From Callorhinchus milii (lineage: Eukaryota), in assembly GCF_018977255.1 (NCBI RefSeq), contig NW_024704742.1:113462001-113526000 (forward strand): 64,000 nucleotides of DNA, in the 5' to 3' direction. This document shows positions 1 to 13,596 of the stretch, piece after piece. The position numbers were made by a program, and so were the translations under genes. Each line of letters begins with the position of its first letter. Position 1 is the stretch's first letter. Below the pieces are notes generated by a model that did no database searches, was not told the DNA's origin, and saw nothing but the letters and a program-made list of their open reading frames with translations.

Positions 1-870
1 CTACCCGTTAACCATTCCCCAATCCACATTAATATGCTCCCCCCAATTCCATGGGTCCCTATCTTTTGGACTAACCTCTTATGCGGAACCTGATCGAATG
101 CCTTGTGTAAGTCCAAATAGACCACATCCACTGATTCACCCTTATCTAGTTTACTGGAAATATCCTCAAAAACCTCTATGAGATTTCTCAAACATGACTT
201 CCCTTTTGTAAAGTCACGTTGACTTGGCCTAATTATAATGTGCTCCCCTAAATACCGCACGACCACATCCTTAATCAACAATTCTAAAATTTTTCCTATC
301 ACCGATGTGAGACTAACTGGCCTATAGTTCCCCATCTTTTCCTTTCCACCTTTTTTAAATAGTGGTGTGACATTTGCGATCTTCCAATCCATGGGGACTG
401 TTCCAGAATCCAAGGAATTTTGGAAGATCAGACATAAGGCCTTCATTATCTCATAAGCTACCTCTTTTAAAATTCTGGGATGCAAGCCATCCGAACCAGG
501 CATTTGTCACTTTTTAGTGCTAATAGTTTCCCTAGCACCAATTCTCTACTAATGAAAATTTCCCTAAGTTGCTCCCTGTCCTTATCCCCTTGGTGCATCT
601 CTATTGTTGGCAGACTTGTTAGGTCTTCTAGGGTGAAGACAGATGCAAAGTACCCATTTAGGGGCTCTGCTATGTCCTTGTCCCCCATTACAACTTCTCC
701 CGTCTCTGACTGAAGTGGACCTACATTTACCCTCACTAGCCTATTCCTCTTAAAATATTTGTAAAAACTCTTACAATCAGACTTAATGTTCCTAGCCAGC
801 TTACCTTCATACTCCTTTTTCTCGCTCTTAATGAGTTTTTTAATTTTATTTTGCTGGATTCTAAAACTAG
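1..870 (-). mobile_element. CR1-clade LINE ORF2 fragment (pre-RT region and RT N-terminus), frameshifted
   Basis: KLARNIKSDCKSFYKY...LNGYFASVFT, then after a frameshift near 500: DGLHPRILKE...DWKIANVTPLFKKG...NYRPVSLTS...VDVVYLDLHKAFD. Confidence 0.9.
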
Positions 871-1581
871 TTTTATTTTGCTGGTTTCTAAAAGTTACAC
901 AAGTGAGATTATTTACACAGGTGTGCATCATATGCCGATCACCAAAGATGGTGATCTTTCTGCTCCTTGTTTAGAATGGGATATGATGTCGTTATAAATT
1001 AGTAATGAAAAGATCAGTGACTTTAGTGATCAGTGATAGATCCCAGTGTCTCACTTCTCAACTCTACCTAAATCTATATACAGAGCAACCCTGGCATAGG
1101 TTTCAACTCGTTTTTATTTCTACAGTGTTATTTTGCTTGGTAAAAAGACTTTGTTCGTGCCTTCATTAGAAACAACTCAGTTAACTTATCTCTCAAATGT
1201 AATGCTTCTGTGCCCAACACTTAAAACCAATTCTTTATACAGTGTACAATTTATTGCACTTTGTGACTTAAATTGCATAAATAGACTAGGGCAGAAGGAG
1301 CTTTGCAAAAGTTCCAAATCCAATTCCCCCTCTTGAATATTTACGTTGACTTTTTGAGGATTTATTCTGTAGTGTGCAAATTTTGCTTGACACTTTTGCT
1401 TGATGCAACCACTCTTCTGAAGGATAAAACTATATAGGTCAGCTTTATATCTGTGAGATGAAGGAAAGTTTATTTGTATAATGTCCCAAACTATAAATTA
1501 ATTCAGTTCCCCAAAGGTGTTCCTTTGGTTAAAGCTGGATGTGGTTGTCTTTGTTGAAAGCATTGTTATTGCAGTACTTAC

Positions 1582-1740
1582 GGTTCACAAAGAGCTGTTC
1601 CTCATAGGAGAGGATGCTGGTCAAGTGAGCACCCTGCAGGCGACATTCCTTTTCCGCATCTTCCCAGGCCCGGCGGTGGCCAAAGTACTTGTAGCAGTGT
1701 CCTTGGAATTTGTGCCACCCAAAATCACAGATCTCCGTAT
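1582..1740 (-). CDS. vcan: Versican G3 C-type lectin domain, first exon (159 bp)
   Basis: [53 protein letters not shown]. Acceptor TTGGCAG|AT and donor AACC|GTAAGT. The remaining CLD and sushi exons lie beyond position 1. Confidence 0.95.
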
Positions 1741-3651
1741 CTGCCAAACAAATCAATAGACCATCAATCACATTTGCTGATTTTTCCTACAATAATAATC
1801 CTTGCATTTGGCCTAGCGCCTTTCATATCACTACAGGACTGTGTATTTTGTGGGTGAATGCGACCGCTCATTGCAGACATCAATGTCTCACAAAAACAAC
1901 CATGATCCGAATGACCGATTTTATTTAGGGCCATTATTTTATTGTTGTCCAGGACACCGGGAGAAATCCATCAAAAGAACATTAGTGTCATACATAGGAT
2001 GGGGTGGGGTAACATTGAGCTATTTCTTATAGGATTTCTTAAGAAGTTCAAGTTGGAAATCCTTCCTGCAACTGGGAAACTTACTCCACTATAGAGAAAA
2101 CAGCCCCAGTTGCTGCAGTCTCTCCCCTAACCTTGAGATAAATTCCTGCAAATCAGTATCACGGACCTTTGAGTTTCTTAATTTAAATAAATTAAATTCC
2201 TAATTTAAACAGCAAAATTGACCTCGACACCAGTTCAGAAAAAGGATGAAAATCTTTCAATTACTGAGTGAATTTTGTTGCTGAAATCAACCAAACTCTT
2301 TCAGTCTTTTTAAACCTCCAATTGTGCACCCAGCATGGAAACTAAGGAGGAAGAAACACATTTTTCCAGCTGTTATAAGACAGAAATCACATGTGTCCTT
2401 GAAACCTTTCAGCACACAAAAGAGAAGCGACCCACAGAGCAATGGTTACTTTTAAGTGATGCTGACCTTTCAATGCTCCATAATAAAAAAAATCTTGCAT
2501 AGGATCATAAATCAAAGGAGCCAACAGTTTCTGCGAATCAGAACTCAAATTCACATTAAGAAAAGCACATGAAGCACTTTTGAATATGAGAATACCTATC
2601 GTCCAATATTATTATGAGCTAAATTTTATGTAATGGAATGTTTCGCTATGCTTTGCAGTAATAATAACATTAATAATCCTTGCATTTAATATAGTGCCTT
2701 ATCATTCGTTGAGACGTCTCAAAGTGCTTCACAGGATATATTGTAAAGTGGATTGACTGTGTATTTTTTGGGCGCAACAGTAATGAGCACATTGCCATTA
2801 AGTTTTGCCACACATCTATGAAGAGCATAAGACCATTGGAATTGGGCATCAGGGTTAGGGTTCCAGCTCAGAACATGGCAGAATTTTCTTTTCTCTTGAG
2901 AAGGCGATCGGAGAAGAGGTTAAAACAAATGAGACCAATAATGGTTGTGCTCTGGATTTATTAATTTTGACCTATTCCTCAAATTGAAACAGAAGTGAAT
3001 TACACAGAATCTGTACAACATTGAAACAGGTCATTCAGCCCAACTTGTCTCCTCAAGTGTTCACATAAGCCTCCATCCATCCTAATCCCCCATTGTAGCC
3101 TTATTTCTTATATGACAAAACGTGATTTTAGCTTAAAAGTTAAAACAGGTAGGAACAGACCTTTCAGCCCACTCCACCGCTTTATTCTTTCATGGCAGCT
3201 CTTTTTCTTTTGGATCCACTTCCCTGCCCTTTTCACCATATTTCTTAATACTCTTAACTTTCCAGTAAGTATCTACTCCGCATCTATGGCCTTCTGGACA
3301 GTGCATTCCACATTCACATAGTCCTTTGTGTGAGGAAATGATTTCAATGTTAATTAGTTTAGCTCTGGTTTTAAGAGATGGTCCGGATTTTAAGATTATA
3401 GCGTACAAGATTACATGTGTCCCCACAGATGAGGAATGTCCCTATTTCAGTTAATAGTTATCAATTAATGAAACACAGTTGTCACATTTGTTTGTGCCCA
3501 TAATCGTCAAAACGTGTCACTGTAATTATGACACTTGAGACTGCGATTGGCACACTTGTACCTATGCCTATGTGCTTGAGCCAATATAGAAATGTGATAA
3601 GAAAGATTTTTGACTGCTGAAGTTTTTATAGTCAGCTGTTTCTTTGATTAT

Positions 3652-4030
3652 TACAACAACAACTTGCACTTATATAGCGCCTTCCATGCAGGGCAATATC
3701 TCAGAGTGCTTAACAATGGCAGAGCCTGACTCTGAGCCGGAGGGCGGGAGGTGACTGTAAGAGCGGGCAAAAAGGAAGGTTTTAAGGCAGACTTGAAAAA
3801 GGGCAGAGAGGGGGCAAGGCGGAGGGATTTGAGGGAGAGTGTTCCAAAGTTTTGGAGCGTAGTGGCTGAAATGCGACTTCCAGTGGTGGAGCGGAGGGTG
3901 CGAGGGACGAGCAGGAGGCCCGGTGCCAGTCGAGCAGAGGCACCAGGTTGTGGATTGGGGTGTGAGGAGGTAGGGAGGTGCCAGGAAGTGAAGCGATTTG
4001 AACATGAGGTGTGAGGATCTTGAAGTACTG
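3652..4030 (-). mobile_element. L2-clade LINE 3' end
   Basis: ORF2 C-terminal motifs LAPPYL, FSHYAPKLWNTLP and LKTFLF, ending in GGCGCTATATAAGTGCAAG(TTG)n. Confidence 0.8.
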
Positions 4031-6911
4031 GATTACAGTACTGGAAAGAAATTATCTCTCAGTAAATATATACATGACACCAAAAATCAATGGCTTCCCC
4101 AGCTGCTATCCTGCCAGTGATATTGACACCACCTATAAATACATTTAAGTGTTTTTTTTAATAGTTACAATAAAATGTTCATCAGTCATTTTTTTGAAAT
4201 AATTATAAAAATCTTAAATGTGCAGGTTGGATATCTGCTTGATGTGAATTTATCATATGTGCAAGCCTTTTCTTGGAAACAATATCATTCAATTTCATTG
4301 CTGTCTTTATTAAACCTTCTTCATAAATATTTGCAAGTGCAATAATTACATTCAAGAGCAGTTGAATAACTCTGCCCTTCTGAGAATTAGTTACAATTGT
4401 TGTGCACACAAATTGTACATTATAATCTCACATAAGGCGAGAACTGAACTTGAATCAAAGCAGAGAAATATATTCAATGAGCTCTCAAAGGATTACAGCC
4501 ATAATATAAAAAGGTCAGATCAATTTCTGCAAGCAGCTGTAAGATTGAAATATAAATTAAAAGATGTCAGTACTTCTATTAATTGGGGAAAGGGAGAGTA
4601 CAATACGGTATCTACCAACTGCATAGAACAGTTTAATACACTTGATATTTCAAAGTTAGTGATCTGGTTATGGTCAAATGGATTTAATGTGAATTTGGAA
4701 ATTGATCTGTTCAACCATCACCAATAGGCTATTAAAAACCAGAACATTTTAAATTAAATAATAAATTTACATAAAACAAAATTTAATTTTTGAAAGCTTT
4801 GCCCTTCAGTTTCCCTCAAGAAAGCCTCCGCCCTATCTCTCTGAGGTCTGTTGATTTTGTTCATTCATAAATAAAGTGACATGGTTTTTTAACGTTCTAT
4901 GCCAAGTGTATGCTGGTTGTATATTACAGATCCCATCACACTATTTGGAAAAGCATGGCATTTCTCTCATTATCCTGACCCAACAATCCTCCAGATTAAT
5001 TGATCATTTGCTTTGTGGCTATTTGTTTGCATGCCTGTCTCTTTAGATGGATGTTAATGATCTCAACTTAAGGTTCCACTAGAAAAGAGAAGGGAGATTC
5101 CCCCGAAGTCCTGGCCTTCCATTCCCCAAATCAAATTGGTCATTCACTTCATGGCTGTTTATGGGATATCGCTGTGCACAAATTGTCTGCCACATTTACC
5201 TGCAAAATCCACAGGCACAACACTTTCCAATATATTCTGTGATATTCTCCAACGTGAAAGGCACTGTATCAAATTTAAGGATTCTTAAATGAATTCTTAA
5301 GTGAGATATCCTGTTGTGGTAAGATGTTATCAAAGCATTAGGTTGAGGCAATTGCCTCAAGCCATCAGTGTCCAGATCATGCTCCAATATGGGGGAATGG
5401 GGCAAGTCAATGGGGCAAGTTAAAGGGTGCTTTCCCATTTGGAGACTTATGTGAGACATTCTAAGTCACTGTCCCACCTGGCCAGATGGACTCAAAAATC
5501 TCAACGTCTTATAGCAATTGTATTGTACTTCTTTCAGTCAAGATTGTGGACTAGATTTAAGCATTGAGTTAATTGAATTTTACAAACCTTTAATTTTTTT
5601 AAAAAAGTAAAAGGTCACTGAGTCCATATCGTACTTTCAATTAGAATAAAAGAGTGATTATGGCAATTAATGTCATAAAATGATCTATAGTTCTCTGAGA
5701 GATGTGTTGCTAGGTGGCAAAGAGAAAAATATATTAAACCCTCCACTCGACAAAATGAGTGAAATACTTTTGTGCCAACGTTACATTACTTAATTCCGAT
5801 TGTAACAATAGGAAAAAAACTGTCCTCAACTTATTATAATGTTTTAAAAAGTGGTTTCACAAAATAAAGCACTCCGAATAAGCACTTCCTGAAGTGGGGC
5901 TGACATCGATTCCCAATTTCCACTGGATTCTGATTAACAGGTATCCCTTTCATAGAAGAATCGTTTTAAGAACAATTTTCTGCTGTCCGAATGAAATATA
6001 TTCCGACAAGTCTAAGACTGCCTAACCCTTTTATTTTAGAAGTGCACAGTAATTTCTATAGACATAGTGGTCTCCCCCTCCCTCCATGGAGATTTCAAGT
6101 TTTATTGGCTTAGCATGTTCAGGGACCTCTTCATCTGCTCACAGGAAGGAAATGGAGTGTAACACTGAAAGTCTGTGGTAAAACTGACAAAGCCATAAGG
6201 CATGCTTAAAGAGGAGCAGGCTACCAGCTGAATGGGGAAAACAGACAGTGTCCTTGAGTGAAATCAGAAACCTGAAGGATAAACGTTCTACGGCTTTTCC
6301 AATGAAAAGAAGTACATTCAGTACCCACAGAAAGGAACACGTTGCACAACTCTTTGGTGAAATTTTCTGAAAGGGTGTGTTACCATGTGGGAAAAATACA
6401 AAATAGGACTTAAAATTATACTCTCCATTGGGGAAATGGAGTGAAATGTGTTTTATTCCAGCATTACTTTACTTATGTATCAATCGGAAAAAATGGTCCT
6501 CAGTTTATTATAATATTTTAAAAGGTAGTTTCCCAATACAAATCACTCTTTCTGACAGGCTGATTTTCCTGGCTTTTGAATTAAATTAGTATTTTTGCTG
6601 GTGGGATTTAAGTAGTGCAGTCTTGTGCCAGGCACGCAGAGGTCAAGAGCTACTTGAATGCATTTGTCTCTGAAAATTTCCTAAATTAAAATTAGGTCAG
6701 AATTCGCCTTATGAAACTTGTCTCAAGGCAAGCCTAGCGATATCTTCATTCGGACACATAGTATTGCTGCATGATTCTCAACAAAATACGGAGCGAGCGG
6801 GTGGGGGGGTGCCATTCATTCAAGAGCAGCACTATAGAATTTGTTTCCATTCCAAATACCTCAATTCTCCACCCAATATCACTTCCAGCAATAAAGTTAG
6901 TGTGATTTTAC

Positions 6912-7468
6912 CTTTATAAACCATTGGTTAGGCCTCAGCTAGAGTACTGTGTTCAGTTCTGGGCAACACATTTTAGGAAGGTTGTCAAGGCATTGTAGAG
7001 GGTGCAAGGAGATTTCCCAGGATGGTACCAGGAATGAGGGACTTCAGTTATCAGGAAACGCTGGAGAAGCGAGGATTATTCTCCTTGGAGCAGAGAAGTT
7101 TAAGAGGAGACTTAATAGACGTTTTCAAAATTATGAGGGGATTCGATAGGATGAAAAAGGAGAAACTATTTCCACTGGCGGGTGGGTCTGTTGTTAAAAG
7201 AAACAGAGGGGAGGTGAGGAGAAATTTTTTCACAAAGCAAGTTTTCAAATCTAGAATGCATTGCCTGAAAGGATGATGGAAGCCAATTCAATAACAACTT
7301 GTAAGAGAGAAGTAGAAGTAGATAATTATTTGGGAGGACAAGTTTGCAGGGCTATGGGGAGAAAGCGTGGGAGTGGAATTGATTTTGATAGCTCCTTTCA
7401 AAGAGCCGACACAGACATAATGGGCTGATTGGCCTCCTTCTGTCTTGTATAATTCTATGATTCTATGA
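6912..7468 (+). mobile_element. CR1 LINE 3' end (5'-truncated)
   Basis: LYKPLVRPQLEYCVQFW and GLFSLEQRSLRGDLIDVFKIMRGFD; ends in the CR1 terminal repeat ATTCTATGATTCTATG. Confidence 0.9.
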
Positions 7469-10400
7469 AAGGGTGTGGGCCACTGGCCTCCAGAGCCATT
7501 TGCCTTCCAATCAGGTTGTTACCCCCCCCCACCACCCCAACAACCCCCCATTTATTCTGTGTTTTTTTGCAGTAAATCAACTTCTTTGTCTGTGGAAAGC
7601 TTTGTCTGTCCTTGGTTCCCATTATGCCTGAAAAGTCTCCAATCTGAGTCAGCCGAGCTGGGTCAACAGTCAGGCTACAAATCAACAATCGGTCTGTGAT
7701 GCATGGATTAGCAATCCCACTTCTGATTGCTATCCAGTGACTCTGCTGCAAAGTGTGTGTGCGTAGACATGGGATAAAGTAGGAGAGCAGAGCTGGTGCC
7801 TTGTAGAATTGCACTCCAGAGTGTGTCAGACAATTCCCAGAGAAGAGAAAAATTGGAAAGGAACAGGAGGAGACGGTCACCCCTCTTAACTTGTTGCACT
7901 GTTTTATTAGATCATTGCGGATCTTTTAATCTCATCTTCCTGCCTTTTCTCCATATTGCTTACTGCCAAAATAAATATCCTGACTGTTTCAGCCTTCACA
8001 GCCTCAGTGGGCAGCACACCCACAGAGGGGAGAGCATGATGGGACAATGAGTGATCCATATCACCAGCAACTGATTACTGGCAGACGTTTGGAAGTGCGC
8101 AAATAATAATTAAAATCATTACGTGTGGTATAGCACCTTTCACGAAGGGAGGACGTCCCAAAGTGCTTCACAGGATACACTGTAAAGTGCAGTGACTGTG
8201 TTTTGTGGGCGAATGCAAAAATATGCAAATTGCAACCTTTGCACTGTCGTTAACAATGGAGGCAGGCATCATCTGAGGCAGTTCAGCCCGTTCTACATTT
8301 CTCACAATCACTTGTAAAAGCCTCAAAATAAGCGGGGCTGGAAAATGCATTGCACACAGAAGAAGCAGCAAAGTATTTTCCAGAATTGGTTCACTGCGTT
8401 GATGATACTTGTTATCAGAGGGAAAAAAAAGGTAACAAATGGGATGAAAAGTCCTGATTTTTGGAAGAACTGTGAAGTGCAGCGGGGAAAGAAGCACAGC
8501 TTGATGCGCGAAGACTTCAGGCTTTTGGCAGTGGCTCCTGAGAAAGCAGCTGCATTGTTAATGCAGGTTAGTGTGATTTGATGCTCTGTGAACGTTAATA
8601 AAGTCTGGTCAGCTCATTGCGCACAAGCTTATTTTGAGGCAACAGAGCAGTGCCTGGGGGGGTCAGATAGGCCACTGTTTAATTTAAGGTGGGCTGACAG
8701 GCCATGTGTGTCCAATCAAGTCAGGCAGGAAACTCATTATATGAGAGCTTGAAACAAAGTAGCAATTATTTAAAGTGACCCAGTTCATAGCGCTAGTTAC
8801 AAAAACAAACGGAGATTGCAAAGGCAGCATTTGGTGGAGAAGCCTCGCCTGTTCAGGAGCAGCAGAGAAAGTAGCACACTTACTGTTAAGACATTCTCCA
8901 CATATTGGGTGAAATAGATAACATATTGCAACAGATTCAATGCGATCACATTGAAAATACGATAAAGTGTCGCTTACTTTACCGCATTATAGGTTACCTC
9001 AGTCTCCCAGATGTTTTATAAGAGTTACCAGAGTAGCCACAGGAGAAAGACAGTATCTGCACTGTCTTGCCCTTGGGCATTTTATTACTTTATTCGCAGT
9101 TCAGGAGCTTATTTCCTAACCGTGCTAACAACTACCTACGATACTGTTGAAGACTATGTCCATATGGTTGGATAATATTGAAAATCCAAGCACTACTGGT
9201 TTTGGCACAGGTGACTGTTTTTTGACTTGTGAACTGCTCTACCTCTGTAATCACATGCATTGAGCATAATACTTAAGTGTGTTTTTACTTGTACACATGG
9301 AGATTCTTTCTTGAGGACAGGACTAGTGGCTGCAGTCATTGAAAGGACTTGTGCTGATGACAAGTTACCTTGCTGACAGAAGTCTTATATGAGTGGCAAG
9401 CACCACAGGATTTCCTTTGGGCGGAACTGACTCCAATGAGACTTGACAAACAAAATAGCCAAGAGACAAAATACTGCAAATGCTGGAAATCTGAAATAGA
9501 AACAGATTTACACCTACATCTGGCCTGACAAGTATTCTGAGCCCACTTGGGTATAAAAGCAAAATAGCCAAGCAGGTTCACAGTATTCTAAGGCAGACAC
9601 AGGTATAGATATGTCCTCAGTCCTGCCAAAACACACGGAAGCCTGTGACTATTCTTCACAGCAACATTTGTTGAAAGGGATTGTATCAACAAATGGAAAA
9701 GAAGTAAAACGTGAAAGAAAATCAAATCAAAAACTGGATGGGTGAGCTTGCAGTTTAAAAGTGTGCAAGAAAATAAAGAAGTGCTGAGGAGAACTGGGAG
9801 TGTGTGGAGATTAAAGGATTAGCTCTGTGGTCCAAGCAGATCTGATTATTGTACAAAGAACCTGGCAGTTCACGTCTGTGTCATCTTTATACTACGCCTA
9901 CAGGCAGATAGATGTGGGTGTAGCCAAGGTTATAGTGCCATTCACAGCACTGTACACATGCACCAAGCATCGCTTACTAACCTCCACCTGGCCTGAGTCA
10001 ATTTTATTGAAACTAAAAGAATACTTGAATAAATACACAGAATCTACAAGACCAAAACAGGCCATTCGTCCCAACAAGTTCAAAACCAATGTTTATACTC
10101 CACGTGAGCCTCCACCTCTGCTAATGGATGGGTGGAGTTAGTCCACTGGGTCCTAAAATCTGAGGAAATTTATTCCAAAGATGACGGGCAATGAATGAAC
10201 TTTACAGTACAGAATGTACAGCTCCATGTAAGATTTAGTCACAAACCTCCCTTCCCCATATCCCTCTATTCCCAAGCATGCACACAGTGCAGACCAACAA
10301 ATATTAAATGGTCTGCACGTAGGTGCTTCATCTACTAGCCGGGGAGTTATCTACCCCATTAAACTAACAAGAGCCATTATAATGAGCAACGGAAGAAGAG

Positions 10401-11707
10401 CAGGCAATGACCCGTTATACAGCACTGCCTTAAAAGGACTCCTCCACATTCAGAGCAATTTCTGGATGCTGAATTACATGTGAATAATAGACCTAGTATG
10501 CATTCTCCAGATAAAAATCTACAGACACAATTCAAATTGGGAAACATACTCCCCTCCTCTGAAAATAACCTCCAGGGTACTTATCATAATTTTTAGTGGG
10601 GACTGAGCTCCAAATTTCCTTGTACTTTGTCACGCCCTCCATTTCTGTGGTTGTATGCTTCACACCAGACAGCTATGTCTGTGCTTTGAAATGCATTTTT
10701 GTCTGATGTGGTGGAATTTGGCTTGCTGTACTTTGCCCAGGACAGAAAGCTCCACTGGGTCCTAAAATCTAAGTTAATTTATATTCCAAAACTGGCATAC
10801 AATGAATGGACTGTACAGCTCCATGTCAGATTTACTGCTGAGAAAACATTCTTTGCTACTGAAAAAATAACCTCATTTGGAGAGTGAGAGGTTACTGAAA
10901 AGAAGACGTAATGATTTTGGGTTAACAAGATCAGATAACATACATACATTTTTGATGTTGTCATATTTCTCTTTTAATTCTGTCCTCCCATGTTCAGTCT
11001 TTTGACAGGTGTCTGAATCAATGCATTAAAGAGGCTTTTCCATGGATAAAAGCATTGGCACTCCTTGGTCAGTCCACTAGGAGACAAACTTGTGCAATGT
11101 GAGAAGGGACCCTTCTCCATTCCTGCCTTCCCGTTCTCCGCTAAGTTGCTGAACTAATAGCACAATCTCACTTCTCTGTTCATAACACTAACATTGCAGT
11201 AGTGAAATGACTAATTTAATGTAACAGAAAAGATTTCTTTAAAAATATGTGTGGGAATAGGAAGGTCATGTCCAAAGGAAAATTCACTACTCAAAAGGGA
11301 TTATAAATGCTGACCACATATATGTGATTTTCCTCAAGATTAAGAGACTTCTTTTACAGACAGAATTTTAGAAATATGAGCATTGTCGAGTATGCATCAA
11401 TAATTATACCTAGTGTGTGAATGTTTGAATAGCAGATGTATTTCCATTGATTTCTGGACAGTATTGGAGCTTTATATCCATTTGGGGACCTATTTTATAT
11501 TTTGGACTTTCTTTTAATTACTTTTTATTAGAGTACAAAGATTACATTCTGGCACTAAAGATTTAAGTTGCTGCTTTATATGGCCCGTTAGCAAGGGAAA
11601 TAGATACAATGCTTGGGAAATACAGATATTAAGAGGGTCATTTGAAAAGGTAGAAAAATATGAATAAACGATGATCTAATAAAAAGAATTCCATGATCTG
11701 CCTTGGT

Positions 11708-12025
11708 GGAGTCCTGTAGCTCAGTGGTTAGAGCACTCGCTTTGCAAGTGAGAGACCTGAGTTCAATTCCAGACAGGGCGAAACCTTGGGCAAGTTTCCT
11801 TACTCCACACGCCTAATAATAATCCCTCCAAAACAAAAAGCAATAATAAATTGGTCATTTTCAATCTACGACTGTTTGTGGGACATTGCTGTGCGCAATT
11901 GGCTGCCGCGTTCGCCCACAAATATACAGTCAATTCACTTTACAGTATATTCTGTGAAGCGCTTTGGGACGTCCTCCCGAAGTGAAAAGCGCTATATCAA
12001 ATGCAAGGATTATTATTATTATTAT
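11708..12025 (+). mobile_element. Young tRNA-derived SINE (tRNA-Ala-like head, Deu-type 3' part, (TTA)n tail)
   Basis: A-box TAGCTCAGTGG and B-box GTTCAATTCC; body GGGACATTGCTGTGCGCAATTGGCTGCCGCG; tail GCGCTATATCAAATGCAAGGA(TTA)n. Closely similar copies elsewhere in the window. Confidence 0.9.
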
Positions 12026-12099
12026 CTAGTTAAATGGTGAAACAGGCTCAATCACCTTTTCTTCATGTTACCACTTTATGTTTTCTGTTTTATTACTCG

Positions 12100-12410
12100 C
12101 AATGTTATCATCACCCACTCCCCCACCATTGCCCTGCCTTATCCCCGCATCATCGTCAGGCAGGCTTTCAGCCATTCTGCCCACCTTGTCTGGAACTCTA
12201 TCTTGGAATCCCTCCGACTCGCTCCCTCTCTCATCTCATTCAAGGTCCACCTCAAGATATGCCTCTTTGACCGCACTTTTGGTCATTCTTGCGCCCTATC
12301 ACCACTTTGGGCTGCCACCCCAGCTCAGGTGCACAACCCGCAGTATTGAGTGTTTGAGACATCCCCCGACCCGGGATGACAGGCACAATATAAATATAAA
12401 TTAAATTGTA
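12100..12410 (+). mobile_element. L2 LINE 3' fragment
   Basis: RQAFSHSAHLVWNSILESLRLAPSLISFKVHLKICLFDRTF matches the L2 ORF2 C-terminal pattern. Confidence 0.7.
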
Positions 12411-12439
12411 TTGTATCACCGTTTCTAGCTTTCTGGTCT

Positions 12440-12790
12440 TTACTCACAATTTTTTTGTTCAATTTTGCCTCCACCTTGCTTCCGAAGAGCTTCCCTTTCT
12501 TGCCTCTTCTCCTGGAGTATGGTTCCACAAAGGTGGCCATTATTCATGTGTGAACCTTGAAATAGCAGCCCGTTTGACCACGAATGGCATCAGAGCCAAG
12601 TTTAATCTTGTCCACCCCGATATTCATGGCCACAAGCTTTCTAATAGCAATCTTTAGATAATAATCAGGAGCAGGAATCCTGTCTGATTTCTTTCTCCCT
12701 AATCCAGGAATTCTGAAGCTAATTGTAGTGCCCCAACAGAAATGAGATTTCAGATTCAAACCTGCACTGATCTCTGTGGCCTAGTGCTTT
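12440..12790 (-). repeat. Old unclassified SINE-like interspersed repeat (related copies near 14270-14510 +, 20290-20640 -, 34780-35000 +, 46960-47130 -, 60900-61130 +)
   Basis: Shared blocks recognised by eye, e.g. GGGAGGAAAAATCAG, GGATTCCTGCTCCTGAT, GAATGGCCACTTG. Boundaries approximate. Confidence 0.55.
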
Positions 12791-13119
12791 TCTTTACTTA
12801 AAACATTCTTATTCGTCCTTTGGATGAGCTGTTAAACCAAGGTCCCATCTGCCTTCTGAAGTGATGTTAAAGATCCCAATCACTATTCAAAAAGACAAGA
12901 ATCTTTCTCCTGGTATACTGGCCAACAATCCCCCAAAATAAAAAAAAGGGGTCACTCATTCCATGGATGTTTGTGGGACATTACTGTACGCAATTGGGCT
13001 GCCTCGCTCACCTACAAACACACAATCATTCCATTTACACCAATTCCAGTGAAGGGTTTTGAGATGTCATTCCGACGTGATAGGATGCTTTACCAAATGC
13101 AAGGATGGTCGCTCAATCC

Positions 13120-13365
13120 ATAATAGAACCATAGAAATTTACGGCACAGTAAAGTACAGAGGTATGGAGGGAGGATGGGTAAATGCGATGGAAAGGATTG
13201 CTCTTAAAAGAGCCAACATAGACACAATCCTTTCCATCGCATTTACCCATCCTTTCTTCATATCCTGTACTTTACTCCTTTGTTTCCTTTTAAAACCTAA
13301 TAAGGATTCTGCCTCAATCATCGCTTCCAGCATCACATTCCATATTCTAACCATACTGTGAGTGG
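13120..13365 (-). mobile_element. CR1 3' end containing an internal inverted duplication
   Basis: Starts with the reversed CR1 terminus (CATAGAA); ORF 13139-13354 reads VRIWNVMLEAMIEAESLLGFKR; GWVNAMERI is encoded on both strands. Confidence 0.75.
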
Positions 13366-13596
13366 AAATGTCCTGTCGGCATCCACCACAACAGTCCCCG
13401 AGGAACAGGAAACTTCTTTGATGAATAAGAAAAATTTTCCGCTTGCGTCTTCCTAAAAGAACAGGCTATATGCAGATAGTGTGGTGATTCCCTGGTCGTC
13501 TAAACATTGTTGGACATCGGTGAGTCTTCGCTAGTCAATATAGTCTTCGATAATCAATAAATATATATATACCATTTTCAAATGTATGGGACTTAC

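Noticed and set aside
11708..11780. tRNA-like cloverleafs at SINE heads (apparent anticodons TGC, CGC, CAC and CTC in different copies)
   Set aside because: Each runs directly into a SINE body and tail. The anticodon variation mostly fits CpG decay of an ancestral CGC. These are not tRNA genes.
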